The notes under the pieces are model-generated. The model was not told the DNA's origin and searched no databases. It saw nothing but the letters and a program-made list of their open reading frames with translations. DNA of 64,000 nt from Octopus sinensis. Taxonomy: Eukaryota. Of this stretch, positions 52,408 to 64,000 are shown piece by piece (positions within the stretch are counted from its first letter, which is position 1; each line of letters begins with the position of its first letter). Where the stretch lies: the NCBI RefSeq assembly GCF_006345805.1, contig NC_043005.1:57846001-57910000 (forward strand), given 5' to 3'. Made by a program: the position numbers and the translations under genes.

Positions 52408-52414
<7 letters not shown>
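51489..52414 (+). mobile_element. 5'-truncated Penelope-like element 3' end with inverted pseudo-LTR
   Basis: Frame from ~51865 to 52137 reads NKRKATQLSNHIWSLRDKGVDYNIQWKILARCKRYTNGSGRCSLCDMERWLIWKSSLDPTTCLNTRTELFGSCPHVTKFLL, typical of a PLE GIY-YIG C-terminus; 51489-51864 is the reverse complement of 52039-52414; flanked by (TA)n. Confidence 0.85.
52320..52382 (+). ncRNA. Hammerhead-like motif with CCGANGA core downstream of the GIY-YIG-like ORF
   Basis: agataa CCGAAGA GATG...CATC t GAAA CTC-A-GAG TT ttatct; 6-bp stem I; inverted copy at 51521-51583. Confidence 0.6.
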
Positions 52415-52449
<35 letters not shown>

Positions 52450-53144
52450 TTAAATGGCAGAAGCATAAACGCCAAGATATCTACCTCTGAAAGTGTTGGA
52501 CTCATCTCTCGGATTGTTCCTACGTTGATGGCCAGATAATTTAAATCCTGTTTTTGCTTTTAAATATTCTGAAATTCAACCACCCGTTTACTAGCAGGTA
52601 AACACATCAAATTCAGAGGATTAAATTTTTTAAACTTGTTATAAATCGTAAATCAAATGCTTTGAAATGAAACGAATGCTGCGTTTGTTTAGTAACAATA
52701 AAAAATAAATAAATAAATAAACAAAAAATAAAGCAAAACATTTTTATTAAAGCGGTTTTGTGTGTGGTGTGTCTGTATGCGTGTGAGTGTGAGTGTGAGT
52801 GTGGCATTTTGTAAAAAAAATACTTTCTCAGTCCTTCACCACCACCATCACTCACCATCGTCGCCACCGACATCCATCACCAAAGTCACTTCCGCCATCG
52901 CCATCGCCACTACCACGAAATATCCTTATGTAATTTATGGCAATATTAAGTTCTTCATTAGTATTACGACTGGCGGAAATAATCCTCTAGTTGCTATCGC
53001 AAAGCTAAAATGCATGAAAATATAGTGGTTTGAAGTTTTACAACCTTATTTTCTGGTCGTATGGTTTTTCACTGAATAAAACCATAATTTGTTGCGACGT
53101 TAATTAGTCAAGAGTATTTCAGAATGAAATTCGTTATTTGTTTT

Positions 53145-53195
<51 letters not shown>

Positions 53196-53832
53196 AATAT
53201 TACTAGTATTATTATTATTTTGCTGCAGCAACACTCAATGCTGTTTCGGAAATTTCTCTCTTAACTACATTGATTACTCCTTTTATATGATGCTACCAAT
53301 ATAACGGACGAATATTGTAGGTCATAGAAACATTATTAAATTAGAAAGAAGTTGACAAAATAACAGCCCTTTACTTTCTAGCTCTCTTCCTTTCTCTCTC
53401 CCTCTCTCTCTGTCTGTCTCTGACACACACATACACCCACTCACACACAGACTCACACATAAAACCCTTCACGCAAATACAACCACATATTCATATACAC
53501 AAGTATATGATGCAATCACATACTCACATTCACAAATACAGAAACACAAACACGCACACAACCACATATCCAAACACAAAAAACAACCACGTACACGTAT
53601 ACATAGATATAACACAAACATATCCCTAAATACACACACATGCACGCACACACAGAGAATCACATACACACAAATACAAATAGCATACAAAGCTCATATA
53701 CACACAGTCATATAGTCATACGCACAAGCAGACATGCATGCAGTTGTATAGTCATAACTGAAATTTGAACAAACGTACATATATGCACTAATGTCTGCAT
53801 ATGCACAGATAAACGCAATTTTATCGTAGTAC

Positions 53833-54060
53833 CTTTTCGAGGAATCAAACTTAATTGCACTTTTAGTGACGCCATTTTGGAAGTCTTCAGCGCGCATGCG
53901 CAGAGTTAGATTTCTTCCGGGAGGCCGCTGGAAGTTCCCTCATGCGCATGCGCAGAGAACTACCAGCAGCAAAACTTGCCGTGTGTCAATCTCTCTCTCG
54001 AAGCTGACACTGAATTGAACGGATGCGTCCTCACAGCTTTGCCAAGCTGCCACCACGTGG
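53833..54060 (-). promoter_or_regulatory. Candidate TATA-less promoter: YY1-like, two NRF1-like, ETS-like and E-box motifs
   Basis: cgccatttt (~53870-53878, AAAATGGCG on minus), gcgcatgcgc (53892-53901), tgcgcatgcgca (53943-53954), cttccgg (53914-53920), ccacgtgg (54053-54060) in a locally GC/CpG-rich patch. Confidence 0.5.
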
Positions 54061-54508
54061 CGAAGCTACACTACGCTGGAACGAAACACGATTTGGTTCA
54101 CACCATTTAACCACAGCGACTAGCTCCATGGCTACCGGTTTGCCCTGAAGGAAATATATATATATATTATTGCGAATCCAGGAAATGAAAAATATTTATG
54201 TTGTTGAAGATATTCGAAGTCTTGATTTTCCTTCGACAAATAATTTAATGTAACGGGATGAGACCTGCACCCCTCAAGTGTTACAGACTTTTCATCCTGT
54301 TACACATTCTTACTTATCATCACTGCATTATACTTTTATAAAAAAAAACTGAATTCAATGTTGCAGTGAATAATAACCCTTGCACAAGTACAAATACATT
54401 CACAGACACACATCACTATACAGCATTTCCAAGTAACGGAACCTTAATGTTGCAACCAATAGATCAGATTCTCAACACCGCACTTTGTCGTATGTGGTGC
54501 TAAGTTTT

Positions 54509-54737
54509 TTTCGTTCGACGTCACTTCGTCAAACGTCTTTTTGTCCCATGATTTTTTTTTTGTCCAACGACAAATCCTATTAATAAAATTCTCAATGACT
54601 ATTTGATTTTGATGTTCATCTTGTTTTCGATGGAGTTTGTTTAAAATTAGACAAAAAGTCGTTGGACAAAACAGAAAAATCATTGGACAAAAAGACGTGG
54701 ACGAAGTGATGTTAGACAAAGTGACATCGGACGAAAA
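54509..54737. mobile_element. Foldback-type element with subrepeated inverted arms
   Basis: Left ttcgttcgacgtcacttcgtc...tttgtccaacgac and right gtcgttggacaaa...gacgaagtgatgt...cggacgaaaa, with repeated ggac(a/g)aaaag units. Confidence 0.6.
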
Positions 54738-54981
54738 GTCGGGTCACGGTTGCATGACACTGTAGCAGCTGATGGCACACACACACACACACACACACAC
54801 GCGCGCATACACATACACTCTCTCCTCTTCATCATTTCGCGCCCACTTTTCCATGTTTACATGGACCAGACTTTGTAAATTAGAGGCAGGTTTTCTATGG
54901 TTGCATGCCCTTGCTGTCGCCAGCCCTCACATGCTTCCAAGCAAGGTAATATTACCTCATGACATGTTGTCATAGGGAATT

Positions 54982-55460
54982 AGTTATAACGGCACACCCC
55001 TCTCACGTGATGAATGGAATAACCTAGTCACTATAAGTAAAGAGAAGTACATGAAGTACTGGAGTACATAGTAGGCAGTCAGAGATAGTCGTGTCTTTGC
55101 TGATTTTACTAAGTATATTGTATACCGAAGAGGGCGCTATAACGGTCCAACATTTTAAGGATTATAACAGTGGCAACGAGGATTTAAAGAACTCACAAGG
55201 AAGTAATAAACTCGACGAGGATTTTAACAACTCACGAGGAGTGAACAAACACACAAAAGTTTCTGTTATGTGAATTTTAGGAAAAACAAATCGTCAAATT
55301 ATGGAAAATTTGTTGGCTGGTTTGCTCGAGTTGCAAAAACAGCAACAACAACTGAAAGAACAACAGCAGCAGCAGCAGCTACAACTGTAAAAGCTACAGC
55401 AGAAACAACAACAACAAGTAAATGAAGAACAGCAGTTGATACAACTGCAAAAACAACAGA
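54982..55460 (+). mobile_element. Gypsy-like 5' LTR, PBS and gag start, truncated by a SINE
   Basis: agttataa...ttataaca termini (54982-55169); tggcaacgaggat (55171-55183) is 12/13 to the tRNA-Ser(GCT) PBS TGGCGACGAGGAT; ATG 55301 opens MENLLAGLLELQKQQQQ with an in-frame stop. Confidence 0.55.
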
Positions 55461-55461
55461 A

Positions 55462-55650
55462 GTGGAGGCGCAATGGCCCAGTGGTTAGGGCAGCGGACTC
55501 GCGGTCGTAAGAATGCGGTTTCAATTCCCCAGACTGGGCATTGTGAGTGTTTATTGAGCAAAAAACACCTAAGCTCCACGAGGCTCTGGCAGGGTGGTGG
55601 TGAACCCCGCTGTACTCTTTCACCACAATTTTCTCTCACTCTTTCTTCCT
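55462..55650 (+). mobile_element. SINE family C (tRNA-derived head)
   Basis: gtggaggcgcaatggcccagtggttagggcagcggactcgcgg...tttcaattcccagac; second copy on minus at ~4215-4445. Confidence 0.75.
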
Positions 55651-57690
55651 ACTTCTGCCACAAAGCAGAGGAACCATGGTGTAACCCACTATGGTGTGGT
55701 AAACTTTCAGACATACTATATATACTACTAAAGTGGAACATCCACCGATCCTATTGCCCGACTTGTAGAAGACTGTGAGCGCCTGATGACATTCTAGGTT
55801 CTTGGTGCCTAGTCTCGGTCTATCTTTTACCCAGGCCTGCAACTCCATCAAAAACACGAATTGCCATTCACGTCCAGGACCACCACCTTACCGCCCGAGT
55901 TCAAGAAGATTGTCTGTACTGGAACCTCTAAAGATTTCCGGAACTGCACAGCTACACTGCCACTTGCTTCTGATAGACCAAATAATGAGATTATCTTGTA
56001 GACTTCGAAAACAGATACTAGAGCATGCTTTTCGGAAATTCTTGCTTCGCTAATGGAGGCCACATCTAAATCAAGTGACTTGAGATCGTTAAGCAAGCGA
56101 CCTTGCTTCCAAACTGATCCCAGGCCAAGCACCTTCACACATTCCACTCTCAGCACAGTCACGCTAGTCGGAGAAAGAAGAGGAGGAACTCACTTTGATT
56201 TTCAAGAAGACTAGATGTTCCGGACGTTTCCATTGGCGAATTGTTTTTAAAAGGCCCTTCCAAAAGCTTTATGTCCATTGTCTTTTTAAAAATCCCAACA
56301 CTAGTTGAGAATTTTGCACGGATTGCTTTATAAACGTTTGAGGGCGTTTAAATTAATAACTTGTCCTTCAGGATTTTGAGGATTTCATCCTCAAATTCTT
56401 TCCCCTCTGTGTCGATTTTGCTTTACAAAATCCACCAATTCACTGATGCTTTTACTCACAATAGCGAAATTGACGAATACATTTTGTATACAGTCGGAAG
56501 TATTTTGTTGTTTTTGCAGTTTCATTATTGGCTGTTTATGTGTTTGTGCTTTCTCGTTGTTGTTGTTGTTGGAGTAGTTGTGAATTGGGCTACAACTGTG
56601 CTTTTTGTATTTATTTTTGATGTGTTCTTGGAGTAGGGCTATGTAGCTTCATCCTCCTTCGACTGCCCCTTTTGCTACAGTGATCCGTGGTTCGACCTGC
56701 TCTTCTTTCTCCATGACATTGCTGTTGTTGTCGGTTTGGGGAGCAGGGCGTTCTGGAGAAGCTTGCTTTTCTGTGGTACCCGAGAATAAACTCCTTTCAT
56801 TGTCTTGGTTTGAGTGTATTAATATCCTGAGAACTCCCTCGTAATTTTGTGTTTGCAGTATTGGCAATTTTGCTTTCTTTGTCTGAGGGTAGAAAGCTTT
56901 TGAGTCACAAATCCACATGTGGCATCTTGGCTTTCAACCCTCCAGTAGTACTGACACGTGTGTGCTATCTGGAAGTTCTATTGAGTCAGGTGGTTCGTCA
57001 ATATAGGTTTGGCTAGATTGTATGGCCAGTTCCATACCTATACCTGACCTTGTTGCGGTATTTTCCTTACTTCCAAGATAGTCACCTTTGCCTCCCTCTA
57101 TACCTGCCAAGACGGCCGCCACCAACTGAGTGATGGATATTTCTGGCGGCACGTTCATCACCCCAACTTTAGCCAGGCGTTGGCCACGATAGCTGGGGAT
57201 TAAGAAGTTTTTTCCTCAATGTCGTCGCCGAATGAAATCTGACTTCTTCAGTTGCTATTATCACTTCAATTGTACCAAACTTCTTTCCTTGAGTAATGTG
57301 GATCTTGTGTTCCCACACGCGCCCAAAGTTTTTTTGATTTTGGGTCTCAGTAGCATTTTCCATCCTGTGTGATTTTACTCTGATGCTGTGCTATGTTACA
57401 GCGTATCTCAAAATGTTTTCGATCACGTCGAGTTGAGGGCTGAGGGCTACTCGTCTCCCATGTCTTTTTACATTTCGCCTGGCCAGTTTTAACTCTTCAT
57501 CTTTGGAGGAAACTTTTAGATTTCTTGCAGCAATCGCAAAAGAAATCCTCTTTCCGGTATCTCTTGTCATGGCTGTAGCTACTTTAGCGGCTGCAGTGAC
57601 GTCAAGGGAATAGGCGGCAGCGTCGATGGTGTTCGCGTATCTTTCAAAATTTTCTTTGCTTTTCGTTTCCTCTTTAGGTTTCATTTCTTT
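55650..57690 (-). mobile_element. Degenerate Tx1-like LINE: ORF1, endonuclease N-terminus, deletion into the ORF2 C-terminal part
   Basis: 55848-56162 resembles an APE N-terminus (KQGRLLNDLKSLDLDVASISEAR); 55636-55857 MELQAWVKDRPR resembles MTELQSWIKKRPR of the 34-35 kb Tx1. Confidence 0.65.
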
Positions 57691-60600
57691 ATAATTGGTA
57701 TTGTTGTTAAGGTTGTTATTGCTGCTGTCGTCGTCATTGTTGTTCAGTTGCTACTTTAATGAAATGTCAAATGTTTTGACGCTGCTAAGAGACGAAAATG
57801 TGTTCGCGTCAGAGTTTGCGTTTGCTGGCATGGCGGTGATGTCATTTACTGTAGCCAACACTACACCAGTATTCTCTCTCTTTGCGGACAAAGAACACGC
57901 CCCTTTATTGAATATTATGATTACTTCGTTCTCCGCCATGTTTCAAAATATTTGGAAAATAGCAAAATCTTTGATTTTTTCCGATAATTGAAGAAAGTTA
58001 AAAAATATAGATGAGCACCCTCCTGCAAAACAGAAATACTATCAGCACTGTCCAGACAATGTTAAAAACAACGCTGTAACAATAAAAACGAAAGAACGGG
58101 GTCTTATGAATTACGGAGCTTCAAGTTACCATGTCTTCCCAGAATAGCGTCCATAAAAATAATATTTTCTACTATAGGCACAAAGCCTGAAAATTTGAGG
58201 GAGGGGACTAATCGATTAAATCGACCCGTGTTTCACAACTACTTAATTTATTGACCCTGAAAGGATGAAAGGCAAAATCAACCCCAGCGGTATTTGAACT
58301 CAAAATATAAAGACGGACAAAATGTCACTAAACATTTCTTTCTGGTAAGCTAACAATTCTGCCAGCTCGCTGTCTTAATATTAATTATAATAGGCGATGA
58401 GCTGGCAGAATCGTTATCACGCCAGGCGAAATGCTAAGCAGTATTTTGTCCTTTTTTATGTCTTGAGTTCAGATTCTACCAAGATCGACTTTGTCTTTCA
58501 TCCTTTCGGGGCTAATAAAATAAGGACCAGTTGAACACTGGGGTCGCTATAATCAACTTAACCCCTCCCCAGAATTTTCTGGCCTTTGAAACCTATAAAG
58601 GATTCATATTTTGGCATAAGGTCATCATTTTCAGGGACGGAGCTATTTGATTGCATCGACCACAATGTTTGACTGGTACTTATTTTTATCGACCTCGAAA
58701 GGATGAAAGGCACAGTCAATTTCAGCAGAAATTGAACTCAGAACGTAGCGACGAGCGAAATACCGCTAAGCATTTCGTCCAGTGTGCTAACGATTCTACC
58801 AGCTCACCGCCTTCAATAATAATAATAATAACAATAATGGTCTCTGATTTAGGCTCAAGACCAAACATTTTGAGAGGAGGTGATGAGTTGATTGCATCAA
58901 AATTTGTACTTGACTGGTACTTTATATTATCGACCCTGGAGGTATGAAAGACAAAGTCGACCTCAGTGCGATTTGGAGTCAGAGCATTTTTTTCTGAGAC
59001 TCTAACGATTCTGCCACTTTCCATTCTTAATAATTGTTTCTAACATAGATGTAAAATCTCAGATTTGGGGAGACGGAGTTCGTTGATTATATCGACCCAG
59101 CACTTGAGTGGTACTTTATTGTATCGACCTCAGTGGTACTTTATTTTATCAAACAACAAAATCGACCTAGCCAAAATCTGAACTCAGTAGGTAAAAGGAC
59201 AAACCTAAATACTGCAAGGCATGCAATTATTTGGCCCAGTTTCAACCAAATATAAGCATGGTCATTTTTCATATGCTTCTATTTATAATGAGCAGAAGAC
59301 ATACATAGCATGTTTAACCAAGTCCAGTGATGCTGTATAGTTGTCAAATATGTGTAACAAATTAAGAAGTCTCTTCTGATAAGCAATGTTAACGTTTGCT
59401 TGTTATTACTTCAAAGAATATCCATTTCTGATTTTCTTTTCCTTTCTACATTCCAATGAAGTGAAGACTGAATCCAGTAAGGCTCTTGAAGAAAACCTCC
59501 ACGGTTCAATGGCAGGAAAGATGGCTGCAGTAATGCACTGTGGAGTTCAGAGAGTAAGATGAGGCAAGTAAGATGTCTCGGTCCTCCGCTGTATCCCTGG
59601 TCATTTTGATCTGGACTTACAACTGGACCAAAGATTGTCAGAGATAAGAGAGGAGGTTGATGGTATGTAATTATTCATCACTTAAGACAAAGTTACTGTG
59701 CAAATCATTAGTCATCCTTAAGGATGACTAAATGTTCTTGTGACTCTGACAAATGAACACAATATTTCAAAATACTTCTAAATTGTTGGAAAATGTACAA
59801 AGACCACAACATCTCAATCACCATCTTCCTTATAATTCTGTGACCATAGATTTCTGTGGTTAATATTAATCTTTTAGGTAGGTGATGCTTTATCTTTTAG
59901 TCAGTGCCCATGATAACTCATAGGGTCTCCAAGACTAGTGAGATAGAGGAGGGAGGGAGGATGATACCATTTAACTGGAAACCTGCTGGGAATACTTGCA
60001 ACAAAATGGACTCCACTAAAGACATCCAAAATGTCAGGTGATGATGTCAATCAAGAAAATGGATTAAGTCTACCACACAATTAGGTCATTGTAAAATCTG
60101 AACTCAGAATGTAAAGAACTTGAACAAATATCATAAATACCATAAGGCATTTTGTCCAACATTCTTACAGTTCCTGCTCATTCACTGTCCTGGGTTTACA
60201 CTTTTGTATCAGGTCTTAGAGGATGACAATCAAAGTTGACCTTGATGGTACTGGAACTCAGAATAAATACAATCAGGTAACTTATTGTTGTGTGGATGCC
60301 CCCAGACGATGAAGTAGGCTAGCCCGATATGTAAATATAGAGGGAGAAATCTAGACATCGGGAGTTGAGTGAAGTTGAGTAGAGGTCATCCGAACGTGCG
60401 ACATAACACTTATCTATTGCTCTAACATCTCTACCAATTCATCACTAGTGGTTGTTGTACTCTGACTACTTGCAATTGTCACCACCTTTTTGTGTAGTTA
60501 ATAGCTGGTTCCTGCTTCCACCTTTTATGTTTTTATCTGCTGCACTATCTTTCTTTAATTTTAGACATGAAGTAATTTGACCAAATAATAAGGAAATACC

Positions 60601-61884
60601 AGGTACAAAATGAGACAGAGTGATGGGGGAGCGTGACTTCCTTGCACTTCATTTCTACTGGTGGGAGTAAGGGATCCTCAAACTAGTGACCTGAGAGGGA
60701 ACTTCATTAAAGGCACCCAAGGTCAGGGCATCCATGGTTTCTTCCTAGCAATGTTGTGTGATCAACAAAGTGTAGATCAGTCAGTGTCACACCAAATCAA
60801 TGATCCTGCAGCATGGTGCAGCTGTAAAGCCCAGCTCCTTATGGCCTCGAACTACTTACTGGTTTCCAGAACAGTGATGAAGGGCTCTAATGTTCAAATT
60901 TGTAGGACTCCAGCCCACAGCTCAACAACTTCAGTTTCACCATTCATTGCAATCATCTGTACAGTGGTGTTTTGTAAATATGACCACAATGGCCAAAATT
61001 ACAAACACTTAAAAGAAATAAAAAACAATCTCAAAGATGCCCAAATCTGAGGCTTCTGATCTAATGATGAAATTACGAAAAAAGAAATTAGTTTACTGAT
61101 TTACTACATAAACACAAGGTCAGTTATTTTGTTGTTGTTGTTTAGTCTCCAAGTCAAGAGCTGATTAAACAATTCAATGATCAAAGCATTCATACCATGA
61201 CCGTCCCAACTTATTTTCAGGGATAATAAACCCCAGAAAAACTTCTCTAGTGTGTCCTTTTTCTAAGATGGTAGGGTTTGGCTTCGTGAAGTATTAGCCA
61301 CTTTTTTTTTTAGCAGGTCAAATAACTACACAGAGGATCCCTCCATTAGTTCATCACAAGGTAAGTATTTGTTATAAGCTTTTGGTATCTATTATTCCCG
61401 CAGCTAGCTAAAACAACAACCAAAACAACCAAACCATGATGAGGTGTTATGAACTTTAAGGGCTAAGATTTTTAACATTTATTAAAAACACCAACTTGAA
61501 ACTGAAAAGAAGATTAGGCCCTCCATCACAACTCAAGTGGCCAAGTTACTAATTAGTAAAATCTCTGTGGAATTAATAACTCAGCTATCCAGTAAGCAAA
61601 TGACAACAGAAATCAAGGCCTACCAAAGAGCCAGTTTTCCTTTTCTGTCTCAAATTAGTATTTATAACAATTAAATTAGTATTTATAACAATCAAGAGTA
61701 CATTTTCCTAAGACAAAATGAAAACAGTAGAGTTTAGTCCAGTACATTATTCATACAACCTTTTCATATTTTAATGGTGGATAATAAAGAAAACATGATA
61801 ACCACCCCCAATAAACAAATATATGTGTATGTGTGTGTGGATACATTTTTATATATATGTATAGACATACGCACACACATACAA

Positions 61885-61929
<45 letters not shown>

Positions 61930-62092
61930 TATATATATATGCATACATATATATGTTACAGACACACACACACATATATATATATACGTATAGTGTACAT
62001 CATTCAAAGAGAGGATGTCTATTTAGAATGTGTAATTAATGTTTGTTCTTGGAATGTTGTTTGTTTTGTTTTCTTCCCGGGCCCTTTTCTTG

Positions 62093-62211
62093 CTATTCTG
62101 GTAATAAATCTTCGATTTCTTCATCAGCAAATTCATCCTCAACTTCCCGTCGTCGTGCCGCTGTCTTTGGTCGTTCTGCCTGTGGTCCGAGTGGATCTGA
62201 GTACGTGGCAT
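62093..62211 (-). CDS. IFT88: Intraflagellar transport protein 88, last coding exon
   Basis: ttttccag|AT GCC...GAA TAG; (x)ATYSDPLGPQAERPKTAARRREVEDEFADEEIEDLLPE*, matching the recalled IFT88 C-terminus DPLGPQ.ERPKTAA...D.FADEE...LLPE. Confidence 0.92.
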
Positions 62212-62352
62212 CTGGAAAAATAATAGTAGCAAACATTATGCTATATCATAAAATACAAATTTGGGGGAATACCAACATGGATGCCAAATGTTGACAATGA
62301 TGATGGTGATGATGATACACATACACACACATATAGTTTGTCTCTGCATGCA

Positions 62353-62410
<58 letters not shown>

Positions 62411-62514
62411 AGCTTAAAAGCCACCCGATAGGTCTCTTCATTGGGCCATGGGCCCAACAATGACATTTCATGCATTCAGTACATATTAAATTTTATTAAA
62501 CTTGAACAACAGGT

Positions 62515-62673
62515 GAAGGAGCGGCTGTGTGGTAAGTAGCTTGCCTACCAACCACATGGTTCCGGGTTCAGTCCCACTGCATGGCACCTTGGGCAAGTGT
62601 CTTCTACTATAGCCTCGGGTCGACCAAAGCCTTGTGATGGATTTGGTAGATAGAAACTGAAAGAAGCCTGTCG

Positions 62674-62706
<33 letters not shown>

Positions 62707-62945
62707 TATATATATGTGTGTGTGTGTGCGTGTATATGTTTGTGTGTCTGTGTCCCCCACCCCCAACATCGCTTTTCAACCAATGCTAGTGTGTTTACGT
62801 CACCGTAACTTAGTGTTTCAGCAAAAGCGACTGATAGAATAAGTACTAGGCTTACAAAGAATAAGCCCTGGGGTCGATTTGCTCAACTAAAGGCGGTGCT
62901 CCAGCATGACCACAGTCAAATGACTGAAACAAGTAAAAGAGTAAT
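62515..62945 (+). mobile_element. SINE family B (tRNA-derived head, internal (TA)/(TG) tract), representative copy
   Basis: ggctgtgtggtaagtagcttg...ggttcagtcccactgc.tggcaccttgggcaagtgtcttc...ggcggtgctccagcatg.c.cagtcaaatgactgaaacaagtaaaag; copies near 6530-6650, 9530-9935, 11015-11170, 12640-12780, 30490-31232, 38535-39008, 43300-43425, 44005-44440, 50985-51372. Confidence 0.85.
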
Positions 62946-63009
62946 ATTTTTCAAGCAATGAACAATTTTCATCAAAACAATGATATAATTTGTCGACTTG
63001 GAACGTCTT

Positions 63010-63110
63010 CCCATTCGGTGTCAGTACAAATAGCTTGTTTCCATTCCCTACCTTTGAATAACCAACATACAGCTGGCTGTAGGCAACAATAAACTTGCCT
63101 TTTAAAAGTT
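63010..63110 (-). mobile_element. Helitron PIF1-helicase C-terminal remnant
   Basis: SQLYVGYSKVGNGNKLFVLTPNGKT, resembling the GQLYVA.SRV....L.....GKT motif. Confidence 0.6.
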
Positions 63111-63818
63111 CAACAATAATTCTTCTGCCGCCACTTAATTTAAAGATGATCTGATGTATGTACAACAATTATTTGCAGTAGCTGATACGTGTCTAAACTC
63201 CTGGTCATTACACCACTGTTGCTAAACAATATTTTAAAGTGATTTTTATGATTTGGAATTGCTCTAAGCATATTTGACCTTAAAAATGTTTGAGATTTAA
63301 TATTTTTTTGTATTTTTTTAGGTAATAATAAAATTAGTCAAATCTATTTTCATGCAGTTGGAGTGTGCTAAATCTCCATAGCTCCAATGGCACGAAAACA
63401 GGTCTGACAAATTTTATTAATATCTGAAAAAATACTAAGTTACCAACATATTTATAGTAGAGAGTTATGAGAAGTAATATTTTATGAGAGAATGAGTTCA
63501 ATATGCACTTCAGTTTCAAACATTATGAAGCACGTGTTGTGGTTAAATTGCTTGATACAGTTATAATATTTAGGGAAAGATTTTCTCAAAATGCTTATTT
63601 TGGAAATTACTTTTAGAAATAGTTATAATATTTAGGGAGCTATTTTTTTCAAAATATTAGGATTAAGAAAAAAATCCCCAAATGAAGAAAAATGAAGAGT
63701 CATTGAATAGTGAGAGAGGGGTAAAGCATGAGGAATAGTAGATGTGTCATTGAATAGTGAGACAGGGGGTCGGAGAAGTAAAGTTGAAAATGTGTAACAC
63801 ACTGACATTCGCTTTCAC

Positions 63819-63856
<38 letters not shown>

Positions 63857-64000
63857 CACACACACACACATACATATATACATACATATATACAAATGGA
63901 TACATACATTTGAGTATGGATGTATACATGTATATTGGACCACTTCCAAAGTAAAGTCACTCAACTGATAAACATTCAATCACAAAAAGACACAAACACT

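Noticed and set aside
55301-55460. Poly-Q ORF as a host gene exon
   Set aside because: In-frame stop, follows an LTR/PBS-like signal and is cut by a SINE; better explained as a gag remnant
55462-55535. tRNA-like sequence
   Set aside because: No complete acceptor stem; it continues into a SINE body also present at ~4215-4445
59200-61700. Relatively unique sequence downstream of IFT88 as additional exons
   Set aside because: No recognisable protein motif or consistent splice pattern; may be 3' UTR or very old repeats

Overview
Eukaryotic, AT-rich, microsatellite- and retroelement-saturated genomic DNA; an octopus/coleoid cephalopod origin is inferred from the repeat landscape, not proven. Two host genes lie on the minus strand: the last coding exon of IFT88 (62093-62211) and five spliced, phase-consistent exons of an aminopeptidase P (M24B, XPNPEP1/2-like; 517-7935) whose first exon was not located. 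A YY1/NRF1/ETS promoter-like cluster near 53.9 kb is a candidate start. The rest is transposon-derived: three tRNA-headed SINE families, mariner elements and derivatives, RTE, CR1/L2, Tx1 and R4-like LINE pieces, LTR/PBS fragments, a Helitron remnant and foldback elements. The most striking unexplained signal is about 15 type-I minimal hammerhead-ribozyme motifs at 11 loci. They range from intact to degenerate, often sit in inverted-repeat elements inside (TA)n, and at 51.5-52.4 kb are physically linked to a Penelope-like GIY-YIG C-terminus. Other highlights: tandem Tx1 insertions in a (GATA)n array, a SINE/LINE shared 3' stem-loop with compensatory changes, and a hammerhead-flanked element enclosing an LTR end plus a perfect tRNA-Trp PBS. 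All calls were made by manual reading; no alignments, folding or database searches were run, and repeat boundaries are approximate.
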